Source of the DNA: Thermococcus kodakarensis KOD1
Lineage (GTDB): Archaea > Methanobacteriota_B > Thermococci > Thermococcales > Thermococcaceae
Direction of reading: 5' to 3'
Length of the DNA: 32,000 bases
Assembly (NCBI RefSeq): GCF_000009965.1
Contig: NC_006624.1
Span: 1,560,001 to 1,592,000 of the forward strand
Below the pieces are notes generated by a model. It ran no database searches. It had not been told where the DNA came from and saw only the letters and a list, made by a program, of their open reading frames with translations. Of this stretch, positions 17,517-26,148 are shown piece by piece (the stretch's first letter is position 1; every line of letters starts with the position of its first letter). The position numbers were made by a program, and so were the translations under genes.

Positions 17517-18760
17517 TGGGCCGTAAGAGATCCGAGATGCTCAAGAGCTTCGTCCTGACGTTGCTGGCTATCTTCATAATGTTCATAATCCTCTTCCCAG
17601 TGTACTACATCTTCACAGTCTCGATAAGCCCAAAATCAACGCTCGCAACGACCGAGCTGGAGCTCATACCAAAGCAGGTCACCCTGGATTCGTACAGAGA
17701 AGTCCTCTTTGGATTCTCCGGCGACAGGTTGATGGAGGACTTTGAAGGAAGGATAACCGGAAAGGGAACAATTCAGAACGGCAAGCTCTACGTAACAGAC
17801 GGCACCTTAATCGGAACTGTAAAATACGGGCCTTTCACGGGCTTGAAGTTTGAGATTCCAGTTTCCAGGGCAACTTTCACCGTCAACGGCGGCTCCGGCA
17901 GTGGGGACTTCAGTGGAAATGTTAAAGGCACGATAATCCTGACGAGGATCAACGACGACGGAACTATAGGCTTTGGAATAGTCAGGAACGTCACACTCAC
18001 AGAGGGGACGATTAACGGAGTAAAGGTCAGCGGACAGATGGACGGGTACATTAGAGCGAGGGACACCGGAAAAGCAGAATTCACTGCCCTGGGCAAGTTC
18101 GTGAACTCCAACTTCTTCAAGTACCTGAAGAACAGCCTCATCCTGGCGACCCTTACGGTAGTACTGGCACTGATCTTCGTCGTCCCGGCGGCCTACGCCT
18201 TTTCAAGGCTCCAGTTCTTCGGCAGGGAGCACATACTCTACTTCTACCTGATGTTCACGCAGGTCTCGGGCGGTCTCGGGATAGCGGGACTTATAGCCCT
18301 CTACGGAATGCTCGTCAAGCTCGGCCTCTACGGCAAGCTTCCGGTGCTGGCCTTCATCTACGCCGCAGGAAGCGTGCCCTTCAATACGTGGCTCCTCAAG
18401 GGATACATAGACTCGATAAGCCCCGACTTCGACGAAGCAGCACTCGTTGACGGTGCAAACTACTTCCAGATAATCAGGCACGTGCTCCTTCCAATGGCAC
18501 TCCCGGGAATAGCGACGGTGGCAGTCTTTGCGTTCATCGGCGGATGGACGGAGTTCATCCTGGCAAGCCTCCTCCTGGGTCAGGAAAGCCAGCCGCTGGC
18601 GGTGTGGATATACTCACTCCTGGGTGGAATCGGCAGGGGAATTGACTGGAGCTACTTCGCTGCTGCGGCGCTGCTGTTCGCCCTGCCCGTGTTCGTGATG
18701 TTTATCCTCGCCCAGAACTACATAAGGAGCGGCCTCACTGTTGGAGGCCTTAAAGAGTGA
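17513..18760 (+). CDS. malG: Maltodextrin ABC transporter permease with large extracytoplasmic insertion
   Basis: 415 aa. The ATGA overlaps the malF stop. The EAA loop is FDEAALVDGANYFQIIRHVLLPMALPG. A roughly 135-aa non-membrane segment lies between TM1 and TM2 (about 17690-18100). Confidence 0.85.
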   Translation: MMGRKRSEMLKSFVLTLLAIFIMFIILFPVYYIFTVSISPKSTLATTELELIPKQVTLDSYREVLFGFSGDRLMEDFEGRITGKGTIQNGKLYVTDGTLIGTVKYGPFTGLKFEIPVSRATFTVNGGSGSGDFSGNVKGTIILTRINDDGTIGFGIVRNVTLTEGTINGVKVSGQMDGYIRARDTGKAEFTALGKFVNSNFFKYLKNSLILATLTVVLALIFVVPAAYAFSRLQFFGREHILYFYLMFTQVSGGLGIAGLIALYGMLVKLGLYGKLPVLAFIYAAGSVPFNTWLLKGYIDSISPDFDEAALVDGANYFQIIRHVLLPMALPGIATVAVFAFIGGWTEFILASLLLGQESQPLAVWIYSLLGGIGRGIDWSYFAAAALLFALPVFVMFILAQNYIRSGLTVGGLKE

Positions 18761-18769
18761 GGTGATAAG

Positions 18770-21700
18770 ATGAAGAAGCTGGTTTCCCTTTTCCTTACCA
18801 TTTTGGTGCTTGGAAGTATAATAGGAGCGAACGCCAAGTTCGCGCTGGCGGAAGAACCAAAGCCGCTGAACGTCATAATAGTCTGGCACCAGCACCAGCC
18901 CTACTACTACGACCCGATCCAAGATGTCTACACGAGGCCATGGGTCAGGCTCCACGCTGCCAACAACTACTGGAAGATGGCCCACTACCTAAGCGAATAT
19001 CCCGATGTGCACGTTGCAATCGACCTTTCGGGTTCACTCATAGCCCAGCTCGCTGATTATATGAACGGGAAGAAAGACACACACCAGATAATCACCGAGA
19101 AAATAGCCAACGGGGAGCCCCTGACCGTCGAAGACAAGTGGTTCATGCTCCAGGCTCCTGGAGGGTTCTTCGACCACACTATACCCTGGAACGGTGAACC
19201 CGTAACTGACCAGAACGGGAACCCGATAAGGGACTTCTGGGACAGGTACACAGAGCTTAAGAACAAGATGATGAACGCTAAGGCCAAGTACGCCAACCTT
19301 CCGCTGGAGGAGCAGAAGGTTGCTGTAACAAACGAGTTCACCGAGCAGGACTACATCGACCTGGCCGTCCTCTTCAACCTCGCCTGGATAGACTACGACT
19401 ACATAATGAACACCCCCGAGCTCAAGGCCCTCTACGAGAAGGTTGACGAAGGTGGCTACACGAGGGACGACGTTAAGACCGTCCTCAACGCTCAGCTCTG
19501 GCTTCTCAACCACACATTCGAGGAGCACGAGAAGATCAACTACCTCCTCGGCAACGGGAACGTTGAGGTCACCGTCGTCCCCTACGCCCACCCGATAGGG
19601 CCGATACTCAACGACTTCGGATGGGAGAGCGACTTTGACGCTCACGTCAAGAAGTCCCATGAGCTCTACAAGAAGTACCTCGGAGACGGAAGGGTTACTC
19701 CCCAGGGAGGCTGGGCGGCCGAGTCAGCCCTCAACGACAAGACCCTTGAAATCCTAGCGGAGAACGGCTGGCAGTGGGTTATGACCGACCAGCTCGTCCT
19801 CGACAGGCTCGGCGTAGAGAAGACGATCGAGAACTACCACAAGCCCTGGGTGGCCGAGTTCAACGGAAAGAAGATCTACCTGTTCCCCCGTGACCACGCC
19901 CTCAGCGACCGCGTTGGCTTTACCTACAGTGGAATGAACCAGTACCAGGCGGTTCAGGACTTCGTGAACGAGCTGCTAAAGCTCCAGAAGCAGAACTACG
20001 ACGGCTCTCTCGTCTACGTTGTCACTCTCGACGGTGAGAACCCCTGGGAGCACTATCCGTACGACGGCAAGCTATTCCTCGAGGAGCTCTACAAGAAGCT
20101 CACCGAGCTCCAGAACGCTGGACTGATAAAGACGCTCACCCCAAGCGAGTACATCAAGCTCTACGGCGACAAGGCGAAGGAGCTCACTCCGAAGATGATG
20201 GAGCGCCTCGACTTCACTACTGAGGACAAGGTGAATGCACTTCTCAAGGCCAAGAGCCTCGGAGAGCTCTACGACATGGTTGGAGTCCAGGAAGAGATGC
20301 AGTGGCCCGAGTCAAGCTGGATTGACGGAACGCTCTCCACCTGGATAGGCGAGCCCCAGGAGAACTACGGCTGGTACTGGCTCTATCAGGCAAGAAAGGC
20401 CCTCATGGAAAACAAAGATAAGATGAGCCAGGACGCCTGGAACAAGGCCTACGAGTACCTCCTCAGGGCAGAGGCGAGCGACTGGTTCTGGTGGTACGGC
20501 AACGACCAGGACAGCGGCCAGGACTACACCTTCGACCGCTACCTGAAGACCTACCTCTACGAGATCTACAAGCTGGCGGGAGTCGAGCCCCCGAGCTACC
20601 TCTACGGAAACTACTTCCCTGACGGCCAGCCATACATTACGAGGGCGCTCGACGGCCTTGGAGAGGGAGATAAGAAGGAGTACTCAAGCGAGTCAGCCCT
20701 CGCTAAGGGAGTTGAGGTCTACTTCGAGGGCGACGGCATCCACTTCCTTGTTAAAGGCGATCTGAACGAGTTCGAGGTCAGCCTCTCCAGCCCGGACGAG
20801 AGGATCGGCAACACGTTCACAATCCTCCAGAAGAGGCCGACCGAGCTGAGGTACTCGCTCTTCCCACTCTCAAAGGACAGCGTTGGCATGCTGATAACGA
20901 CCCACGTGGTCTATAAGGACGGGAAGGCCGAAGTTTACAAGGCCAAGGACTACGAGACAAGCGAGAAAGTTGGAGACGTTACGGCCAAAAAGACCGACGC
21001 CGGAGTTGAAGTCGTCGTTCCATTCGACTACCTCTCCAATCCGAGCGACTTCTACTTCGCGGTATCAACCGTAAACGAGAACGGTGAGCTGGAGGTAATA
21101 AGCTCACCGGTCGAGCTCAAGCTCCCCGTCCAGGTCAAGGGTGCAGTCATTGCTGACATCGCTGACCCTGAAGGAGATGACCACGGGCCTGGAACCTACA
21201 CCTACCCAACTGACTCGGTCTTCAAGCCAGGTGTCTTCGACCTCCTCCGCTTCAGGATGCTCGAACAGGCCGACAGCTACGTCATGGAGTTCTACTTCAA
21301 GGATCTCGGCGGCAACCCGTGGAACGGTCCAAACGGCTTCAGCCTCCAGATAATCGAGGTTTACCTTGACTTCAAGGAGGGAGGAAACAGCAGCGCAATA
21401 AAGATGTTCCCGGATGGGCCAGGAAGCAACGTGAATCTCGACCCGTTCCACCCCTGGGATGTAGCCCTCAGGATCGCTGGCTGGGACTACGGCAACTTGA
21501 TCGTCCTCCCGAACGGCACTGCCATACAGGGCGAGATGCAGATTTCAGCCGATCCAACCAAGAACTCAATAGTTGTGAAGCTCCCGAAGAAGTACTTCCC
21601 AGGAGTCTCTGACTACGGACTCTACGCCAGCGTCCTCGTAGGTTCGCAGGACGGCTATGGTCCGGACAAGTGGAGACCAGTTGCCGTTGAGGCGGAGCAG

Positions 21701-22072
21701 TGGAAGGGCGGTGGCGCCGACCCACAGGCAGTCATTGCCGGTGTCGCGCCGAGAGTTTACGACATGCTCGTCCCAGAGGGCTTCAAGCCAACCCAAGAAG
21801 AGCAGCTCAAAAGCTACGACACAGAAAACGGAAAACTAGCGACCGTAGTTATGATACCTCTCGTCGAGGGCACCGGCGGAGAGAAGCCCACCGAGACCGA
21901 GACCCCCACAAAGACGACCACAACGACGACGAGCAGCACCGAGACCACCACTACAAGCACCACCGAGACAGCCACAAACCACCACGACTACTACAACCAC
22001 ATCCCCAGGAGGAGGCGGAAGTGGCAGCGGATCCACCACTACCAGCACCTCCCCAGGCACCGGCGGTGGTGA
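18770..22072 (+). CDS. apu: GH57 amylopullulanase (type II pullulanase), secreted; C-terminus disrupted by a frame break
   Basis: 1100 aa. Signal peptide MKKLVSLFLTILVLGSIIGANA. GH57 motifs are present: VWHQHQPYY, GGWAAESALN, LDGENPWEHY, ASDWFWWYG. A Thr-rich linker near the C-terminus is followed by an aberrant His/Arg tail. GAGGTGAT lies upstream. Confidence 0.9.
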   Translation: MKKLVSLFLTILVLGSIIGANAKFALAEEPKPLNVIIVWHQHQPYYYDPIQDVYTRPWVRLHAANNYWKMAHYLSEYPDVHVAIDLSGSLIAQLADYMNGKKDTHQIITEKIANGEPLTVEDKWFMLQAPGGFFDHTIPWNGEPVTDQNGNPIRDFWDRYTELKNKMMNAKAKYANLPLEEQKVAVTNEFTEQDYIDLAVLFNLAWIDYDYIMNTPELKALYEKVDEGGYTRDDVKTVLNAQLWLLNHTFEEHEKINYLLGNGNVEVTVVPYAHPIGPILNDFGWESDFDAHVKKSHELYKKYLGDGRVTPQGGWAAESALNDKTLEILAENGWQWVMTDQLVLDRLGVEKTIENYHKPWVAEFNGKKIYLFPRDHALSDRVGFTYSGMNQYQAVQDFVNELLKLQKQNYDGSLVYVVTLDGENPWEHYPYDGKLFLEELYKKLTELQNAGLIKTLTPSEYIKLYGDKAKELTPKMMERLDFTTEDKVNALLKAKSLGELYDMVGVQEEMQWPESSWIDGTLSTWIGEPQENYGWYWLYQARKALMENKDKMSQDAWNKAYEYLLRAEASDWFWWYGNDQDSGQDYTFDRYLKTYLYEIYKLAGVEPPSYLYGNYFPDGQPYITRALDGLGEGDKKEYSSESALAKGVEVYFEGDGIHFLVKGDLNEFEVSLSSPDERIGNTFTILQKRPTELRYSLFPLSKDSVGMLITTHVVYKDGKAEVYKAKDYETSEKVGDVTAKKTDAGVEVVVPFDYLSNPSDFYFAVSTVNENGELEVISSPVELKLPVQVKGAVIADIADPEGDDHGPGTYTYPTDSVFKPGVFDLLRFRMLEQADSYVMEFYFKDLGGNPWNGPNGFSLQIIEVYLDFKEGGNSSAIKMFPDGPGSNVNLDPFHPWDVALRIAGWDYGNLIVLPNGTAIQGEMQISADPTKNSIVVKLPKKYFPGVSDYGLYASVLVGSQDGYGPDKWRPVAVEAEQWKGGGADPQAVIAGVAPRVYDMLVPEGFKPTQEEQLKSYDTENGKLATVVMIPLVEGTGGEKPTETETPTKTTTTTTSSTETTTTSTTETATNHHDYYNHIPRRRRKWQRIHHYQHLPRHRRW

Positions 22073-22151
22073 AGAGGGTGGCGGAATCTGCGGCCCGGCG
22101 TTCCTCGTCGGTCTCGCAGTAGTACCGCTCCTCCTCAGGAGGAGGCGCTGA
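21979..22151 (+). other. Out-of-frame (+1) continuation of the amylopullulanase linker plus CGP-CTERM anchor
   Basis: My hand translation of the +1 frame gives TTTTTTTTSPGGGGSGSGSTTTSTSPGTGGGEEGGGICGPAFLVGLAVVPLLLRRRR*, with the stop at 22149-22151. The last 24 residues match the binding-protein C-terminus (196-267) at 21 positions. Confidence 0.8.
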
Positions 22152-22182
22152 TCCCTTTCCAATTTTATTTGGGGGTGATAAA

Positions 22183-23301
22183 ATGGCGGAAGTAAAGCTC
22201 ATCAACGTCTGGAAGCAGTTTGGCGACTTCACGGCCGTTAAGGATATGAACCTCCACATAAAGGACGGCGAGTTCATGATACTCCTCGGTCCGAGCGGCT
22301 GTGGAAAAACCACTACTCTGAGAATGATAGCTGGCTTGGAAGAGCCGACGAAGGGCCAGATATACATAGGAGACAAGCTCGTCGCCGACCCCGAGAAAGG
22401 TATCTTTGTCCCGCCCAAGGACAGGGACATTGCCATGGTCTTCCAGAGCTACGCTCTCTATCCGCACATGACCGTCTACGACAACATAGCATTCCCACTC
22501 AAGCTGAGGAAGGTTCCAAAGGACGAGATCGACAGACGCGTCAGGGAAGTCGCTGAGATGCTCGGCCTCACGGAGCTCCTCAACAGAAAGCCAAGGGAGC
22601 TTTCAGGTGGACAGAGACAGCGTGTCGCCCTTGGAAGGGCCATCGTGAGAAAGCCGCAGGTCTTCCTCATGGACGAGCCGCTCTCGAACCTCGACGCCAA
22701 GCTGAGGGTGAAGATGCGTGCCGAACTCAAGAGGCTCCAGAGGCAACTCGGCGTCACCACCATCTACGTCACACACGACCAGGTCGAGGCAATGACGATG
22801 GGAGACAGGGTCGCCGTCATCAACCAGGGCCAGCTCCAGCAGGTAGGAACGCCTGAGGAGGTCTACGACAGGCCTGCGAACACATTCGTTGCAGGCTTCA
22901 TTGGAAGCCCGCCGATGAACTTCATGGACGCCACCGTTACAGAGGACGGCTTTGCAGACTTCGGCGAGTTCAGGCTGAAATTCCTCCCAGATCAGTTCGA
23001 AGTGCTCCGGGAGAAGAACCTCGTCGGCAGGGAGGTCATCTTCGGCATAAGGCCCGAGGACATCTACGACGCCCTCTTCGCCCAGGTCAAGATCCCAGGG
23101 GAAAACATGGCCAGAGCACTCGTGGAGATCATTGAGAACCTCGGTGGAGAGAAGATAGTACACCTGAGCATTGGTGACGTTACCTTCCTCGGCAAGTTCC
23201 CTGCCGAGTCAAGGGTTCAGGAAGGCCAGGAAGTTGACGTCGTCTTCGACATGAGGAAGGCCCACGTCTTCGAGAAGGGAAGCGGGAAGGCCGTCTTCTG
23301 A
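22183..23301 (+). CDS. malK: Sugar ABC transporter ATPase
   Basis: 372 aa. Walker A GPSGCGKTT, signature LSGGQRQRVALGRA and Walker B VFLMDEPLS are present, plus a C-terminal regulatory/TOBE-like domain. GGGGGTGAT lies upstream. Confidence 0.9.
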   Translation: MAEVKLINVWKQFGDFTAVKDMNLHIKDGEFMILLGPSGCGKTTTLRMIAGLEEPTKGQIYIGDKLVADPEKGIFVPPKDRDIAMVFQSYALYPHMTVYDNIAFPLKLRKVPKDEIDRRVREVAEMLGLTELLNRKPRELSGGQRQRVALGRAIVRKPQVFLMDEPLSNLDAKLRVKMRAELKRLQRQLGVTTIYVTHDQVEAMTMGDRVAVINQGQLQQVGTPEEVYDRPANTFVAGFIGSPPMNFMDATVTEDGFADFGEFRLKFLPDQFEVLREKNLVGREVIFGIRPEDIYDALFAQVKIPGENMARALVEIIENLGGEKIVHLSIGDVTFLGKFPAESRVQEGQEVDVVFDMRKAHVFEKGSGKAVF

Positions 23302-23333
23302 AGGTTTTTAAACCTCTTCTCCCATTTTTCTCC

Positions 23334-23735
23334 ATGCCAATCGAGGACTTCGCGGATTTTATAGCATCCAGGGTTCCGAAGGGAAAAGTCGTAGAGCTCG
23401 GAATAGGCTTTCAGTTCAAAGTGGCTCTAAGGTTAAAGGAGCTTGGCTACGACGTTCTTGCCGTTGACTGGAATCCCGCCTCGGTTGAGAAGGCCGGGGA
23501 GCTCGGGATCAACGCCGTTCGGGACGACCTCTTCAGCCCGAACCTAGAACTCTACCGCGGGGTTAAAGCCCTATACTCAGTCCGACCCACTCCTGAGATA
23601 GTGAGGTCCATCCTGGAACTTGGAAAAAAGCTGGGTGTTCCCGTCTATATTCTCCCGCTCGCCGGGGACGTCATGCCGAAAACCATGCGGCTCATCAACT
23701 ACCGAGGCCTGGCCATATACGTGAAAGATATTTAA
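23334..23735 (+). CDS. Small Rossmann/methyltransferase-like protein of unknown function (UPF0146-like by recollection)
   Basis: 133 aa. KVVELGIGFQFKVALRLKELGYDVLAVDWNP is a glycine-rich nucleotide-binding-type loop followed by an acidic residue at the end of beta-2. No recognisable catalytic motif. Confidence 0.55.
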   Translation: MPIEDFADFIASRVPKGKVVELGIGFQFKVALRLKELGYDVLAVDWNPASVEKAGELGINAVRDDLFSPNLELYRGVKALYSVRPTPEIVRSILELGKKLGVPVYILPLAGDVMPKTMRLINYRGLAIYVKDI

Positions 23736-23764
23736 GGTTCGTCTCAACTCCCTACGGTGGTGGT

Positions 23765-25117
23765 ATGAGGCTCTTTGGAACAGCGGGGATACGTGGAACC
23801 CTCTGGGAGAAAGTTACGCCAGAGCTCGCCATGAAGGTTGGAATGGCAGTCGGGACCTACAAGAGCGGGAAGGCCCTCGTCGGGAGGGACGGAAGGACTT
23901 CTAGTGTAATGCTGAAAAACGCCATGATCTCTGGTCTTCTGAGCACTGGGATGGAAGTCCTCGACGCGGACTTGATTCCCACTCCCGCACTAGCGTGGGG
24001 AACGAGGAAGCTCGCGGATGCTGGGGTTATGATAACGGCCAGCCACAACCCTCCCACGGACAACGGGGTAAAGGTCTTCAACGGCGATGGGACGGAGTTC
24101 TACGTCGAGCAGGAGAGGGGGCTTGAGGAGATAATCTTCTCCGGGAACTTCAGAAAGGCAAGGTGGGACGAGATAAAGCCCGTTAGGAATGTGGAGGTTA
24201 TCCCTGACTACATAAACGCGGTTCTGGACTTTGTTGGCCATGAAACGAACCTTAAAGTCCTCTACGACGGTGCCAATGGCGCCGGAAGCCTCGTCGCCCC
24301 CTACCTCCTGCGAGAGATGGGGGCGAAGGTCCTCAGCGTCAACGCCCACGTGGATGGCCACTTCCCGGGCAGGAAGCCGGAGCCGAGATATGAGAACATA
24401 GCCTACCTCGGAAAGCTGGTGAGGGAGCTGGGCGTTGACCTCGCGATAGCCCAGGACGGGGACGCTGATAGAATAGCCGTCTTCGACGAGAAGGGGAACT
24501 ACGTTGACGAGGACACCGTTATAGCGCTCTTCGCCAAGCTCTACGTTGAGGAGCACGGCGGCGGGACTGTAGTTGTGTCAATAGACACGGGCTCAAGGAT
24601 AGACGCGGTAGTTGAAAGGGCAGGCGGAAGGGTCGTGAGGATTCCGCTCGGACAGCCCCACGACGGCATAAAGCGATATAAAGCCATCTTCGCCGCTGAG
24701 CCCTGGAAGCTCGTCCACCCGAAGTTCGGACCATGGATAGACCCGTTCGTAACGATGGGTCTCCTCATAAAGCTCATAGACGAGAACGGCCCGCTGAGCG
24801 AGCTCGTCAAGGAGATTCCAACCTACTACCTGAAAAAGGCTAACGTCCTCTGTCCCGACGAATACAAGGCCGAGGTCGTTAGAAGGGCCGCCGAAGAGGT
24901 CGAGAGAAAGCTCTCCAGCGAGATAAAGGAAGTGCTAACTATCTCGGGCTTCAGGATTGCCCTGAACGACGGCTCGTGGATACTGATAAGGCCGAGCGGA
25001 ACCGAGCCCAAGATAAGGGTCGTGGCTGAGGCTCCAACCGAGAAGAGAAGGGACGAGCTGTTCGAGATGGCTTATTCAACAGTTTCTAGGATTGTAAAGG
25101 AAGCCGAAAAGAAATAA
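23765..25117 (+). CDS. Alpha-D-phosphohexomutase superfamily enzyme (phosphopentomutase/phosphoglucomutase type)
   Basis: 450 aa. Catalytic Ser loop ITASHNPPTDNG, Mg loop AQDGDADR and phosphate-binding RPSGTEPKIRV are present. I recall the KOD1 orthologue at this position being characterised as a phosphopentomutase. That is memory only. Confidence 0.85.
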   Translation: MRLFGTAGIRGTLWEKVTPELAMKVGMAVGTYKSGKALVGRDGRTSSVMLKNAMISGLLSTGMEVLDADLIPTPALAWGTRKLADAGVMITASHNPPTDNGVKVFNGDGTEFYVEQERGLEEIIFSGNFRKARWDEIKPVRNVEVIPDYINAVLDFVGHETNLKVLYDGANGAGSLVAPYLLREMGAKVLSVNAHVDGHFPGRKPEPRYENIAYLGKLVRELGVDLAIAQDGDADRIAVFDEKGNYVDEDTVIALFAKLYVEEHGGGTVVVSIDTGSRIDAVVERAGGRVVRIPLGQPHDGIKRYKAIFAAEPWKLVHPKFGPWIDPFVTMGLLIKLIDENGPLSELVKEIPTYYLKKANVLCPDEYKAEVVRRAAEEVERKLSSEIKEVLTISGFRIALNDGSWILIRPSGTEPKIRVVAEAPTEKRRDELFEMAYSTVSRIVKEAEKK

Positions 25118-25121
25118 AGAC

Positions 25122-25937
25122 TCAGACGAACCTCGCCGGCCTCAGGGTCCTTACCGCTATTTCCTTTTTGTTAACAGTTATCCTGAAGCCTTCCTTGGCG
25201 ACGTACGTCTTTACGCCGGTTACGTTCTCGATGTACTTTGCCTCCTTGTAGGGGTTGGCGAAGTGCATCTTCATCCCGATGTGGCTCATCACGAGGACTT
25301 CCGGCTTTTTCTCCATGCTCTTGAGCATCTCAACGGCGTCGTCAGTGCTCAGGTGGTAAGGAATGCCCATGTCCCTAGGTCTCGTTATTGCCGCTATCAG
25401 AACCCTAGCCCCATCATGCCAGCGGACGAGGTCGTCGAAGTACGCCGTGTCTGGAATGTAGGAGATATCACCGAGGGACGTCCTCATCCTGAAGCCTATT
25501 GTTGTTGGGTCGGAGTGCTTGCTCGGGGTTATCAGTAACTCCTCGTCTCCGATTGAAATCTTGCTTCCCGGCTCTGGGATGTGCACGCTCTCAAGGACGT
25601 TTATGTGATACTGGCTTATCGCCGGCGTGTGTTCCTCGTCGCCATAGACAACGCTCTTCGATGCTATCAAAACACCCCTCTTCTTCAGCGCTCCGCCGGT
25701 CATTGCCTCGACCATGACCTCAAGGTCGTTGCAGTGGTCGACGTGCCTGTGGGAGACGAAGATTGCATCCAGCTTCCTGGGGTCGAGCTTGTAGCGCCAG
25801 CTCCTGACCAGTGCTCCTGGCCCTGGGTCAACGTAGATGTTCCTGCTGGCCGCTATGTGGAATCCTCCCGTGGAGCGGAACTGGGTTATGGTGATGAACC
25901 TCCCCCCTCCGCTCCCGAGGAACGTAATCTCTATCAA
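25122..25937 (-). CDS. Metallo-beta-lactamase-fold hydrolase of unknown function (PhnP/PqqB-type COG by recollection)
   Basis: The ORF is trimmed to the TTG at 25937 (MIEITFLGSGGG, GGAGGTG 5 nt upstream, TTATATA about 50 nt upstream), giving 271 aa. The HxHxDH motif is SHRHVDHCND. Confidence 0.7.
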   Translation of the reverse strand: MIEITFLGSGGGRFITITQFRSTGGFHIAASRNIYVDPGPGALVRSWRYKLDPRKLDAIFVSHRHVDHCNDLEVMVEAMTGGALKKRGVLIASKSVVYGDEEHTPAISQYHINVLESVHIPEPGSKISIGDEELLITPSKHSDPTTIGFRMRTSLGDISYIPDTAYFDDLVRWHDGARVLIAAITRPRDMGIPYHLSTDDAVEMLKSMEKKPEVLVMSHIGMKMHFANPYKEAKYIENVTGVKTYVAKEGFRITVNKKEIAVRTLRPARFV

Positions 25938-26148
25938 AGGGACACCTCCCAGTTCTTTTGCAGACGTAAGAGTATCGCCTAGGGGGTATATAAGACATTG
26001 CCTACAGTCACGTCCATCAGCCCGCAATGGGGGAACCCGCCACTGCAACACAAGTTCGACGTCAAACCAGAAAACATCTGACAATACAAAACGTTTTTAT
26101 AAACCGGAGTACAAAGTGATATGCCATTTACTACAGGGGGTGCAACCC

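Noticed and set aside
21976-21978. Programmed +1 ribosomal frameshifting as the explanation for the apu frame break.
   Set aside because: I could see no recognisable slippery sequence, rare-codon pause or downstream structure. A single-base indel in a 3-nt A run, real or artefactual, is the simpler explanation. It remains a minor alternative in the finding.
21700-22122. 140-aa Arg/His-rich ORF and the minus-strand ORFs 21836-22162 and 21951-22436 overlapping the amylopullulanase 3' end.
   Set aside because: They are alternative-frame readings of ACC/ACG/GAG-repeat linker DNA, with no independent start signals. Only the +1 frame carrying the CGP tail makes biological sense.
22168-22182. GTGATA upstream of malK (and at 18765-18770 upstream of apu) considered as TGM half-sites.
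   Set aside because: There is no matching TATCAC half at N5 spacing. The GGTGAT sits at ribosome-binding-site distance from the start codon, so these are Shine-Dalgarno elements.
26027-26119. 30-codon ORF (MGEPATATQVRRQTRKHLTIQNVFINRSTK) in the MBL/OPT spacer, considered as a possible precursor peptide for the PqqD-like protein.
   Set aside because: It has no ribosome-binding site. Its spacing from the only upstream TATA is poor for a leaderless mRNA. It lacks Cys, Tyr-Glu or other modifiable core features, and I have no way to test conservation here. It is kept only as a candidate to check if the neighbourhood proves conserved.
25837-26148. N-terminal extensions of the OPT ORF (from 25837) and of the MBL ORF (25938-26084) that overlap each other.
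   Set aside because: Both extensions cross the shared promoter spacer and the partner gene. Internal starts (ATG 26149, TTG 25937) have good ribosome-binding sites and TATA boxes and begin the conserved sequence.
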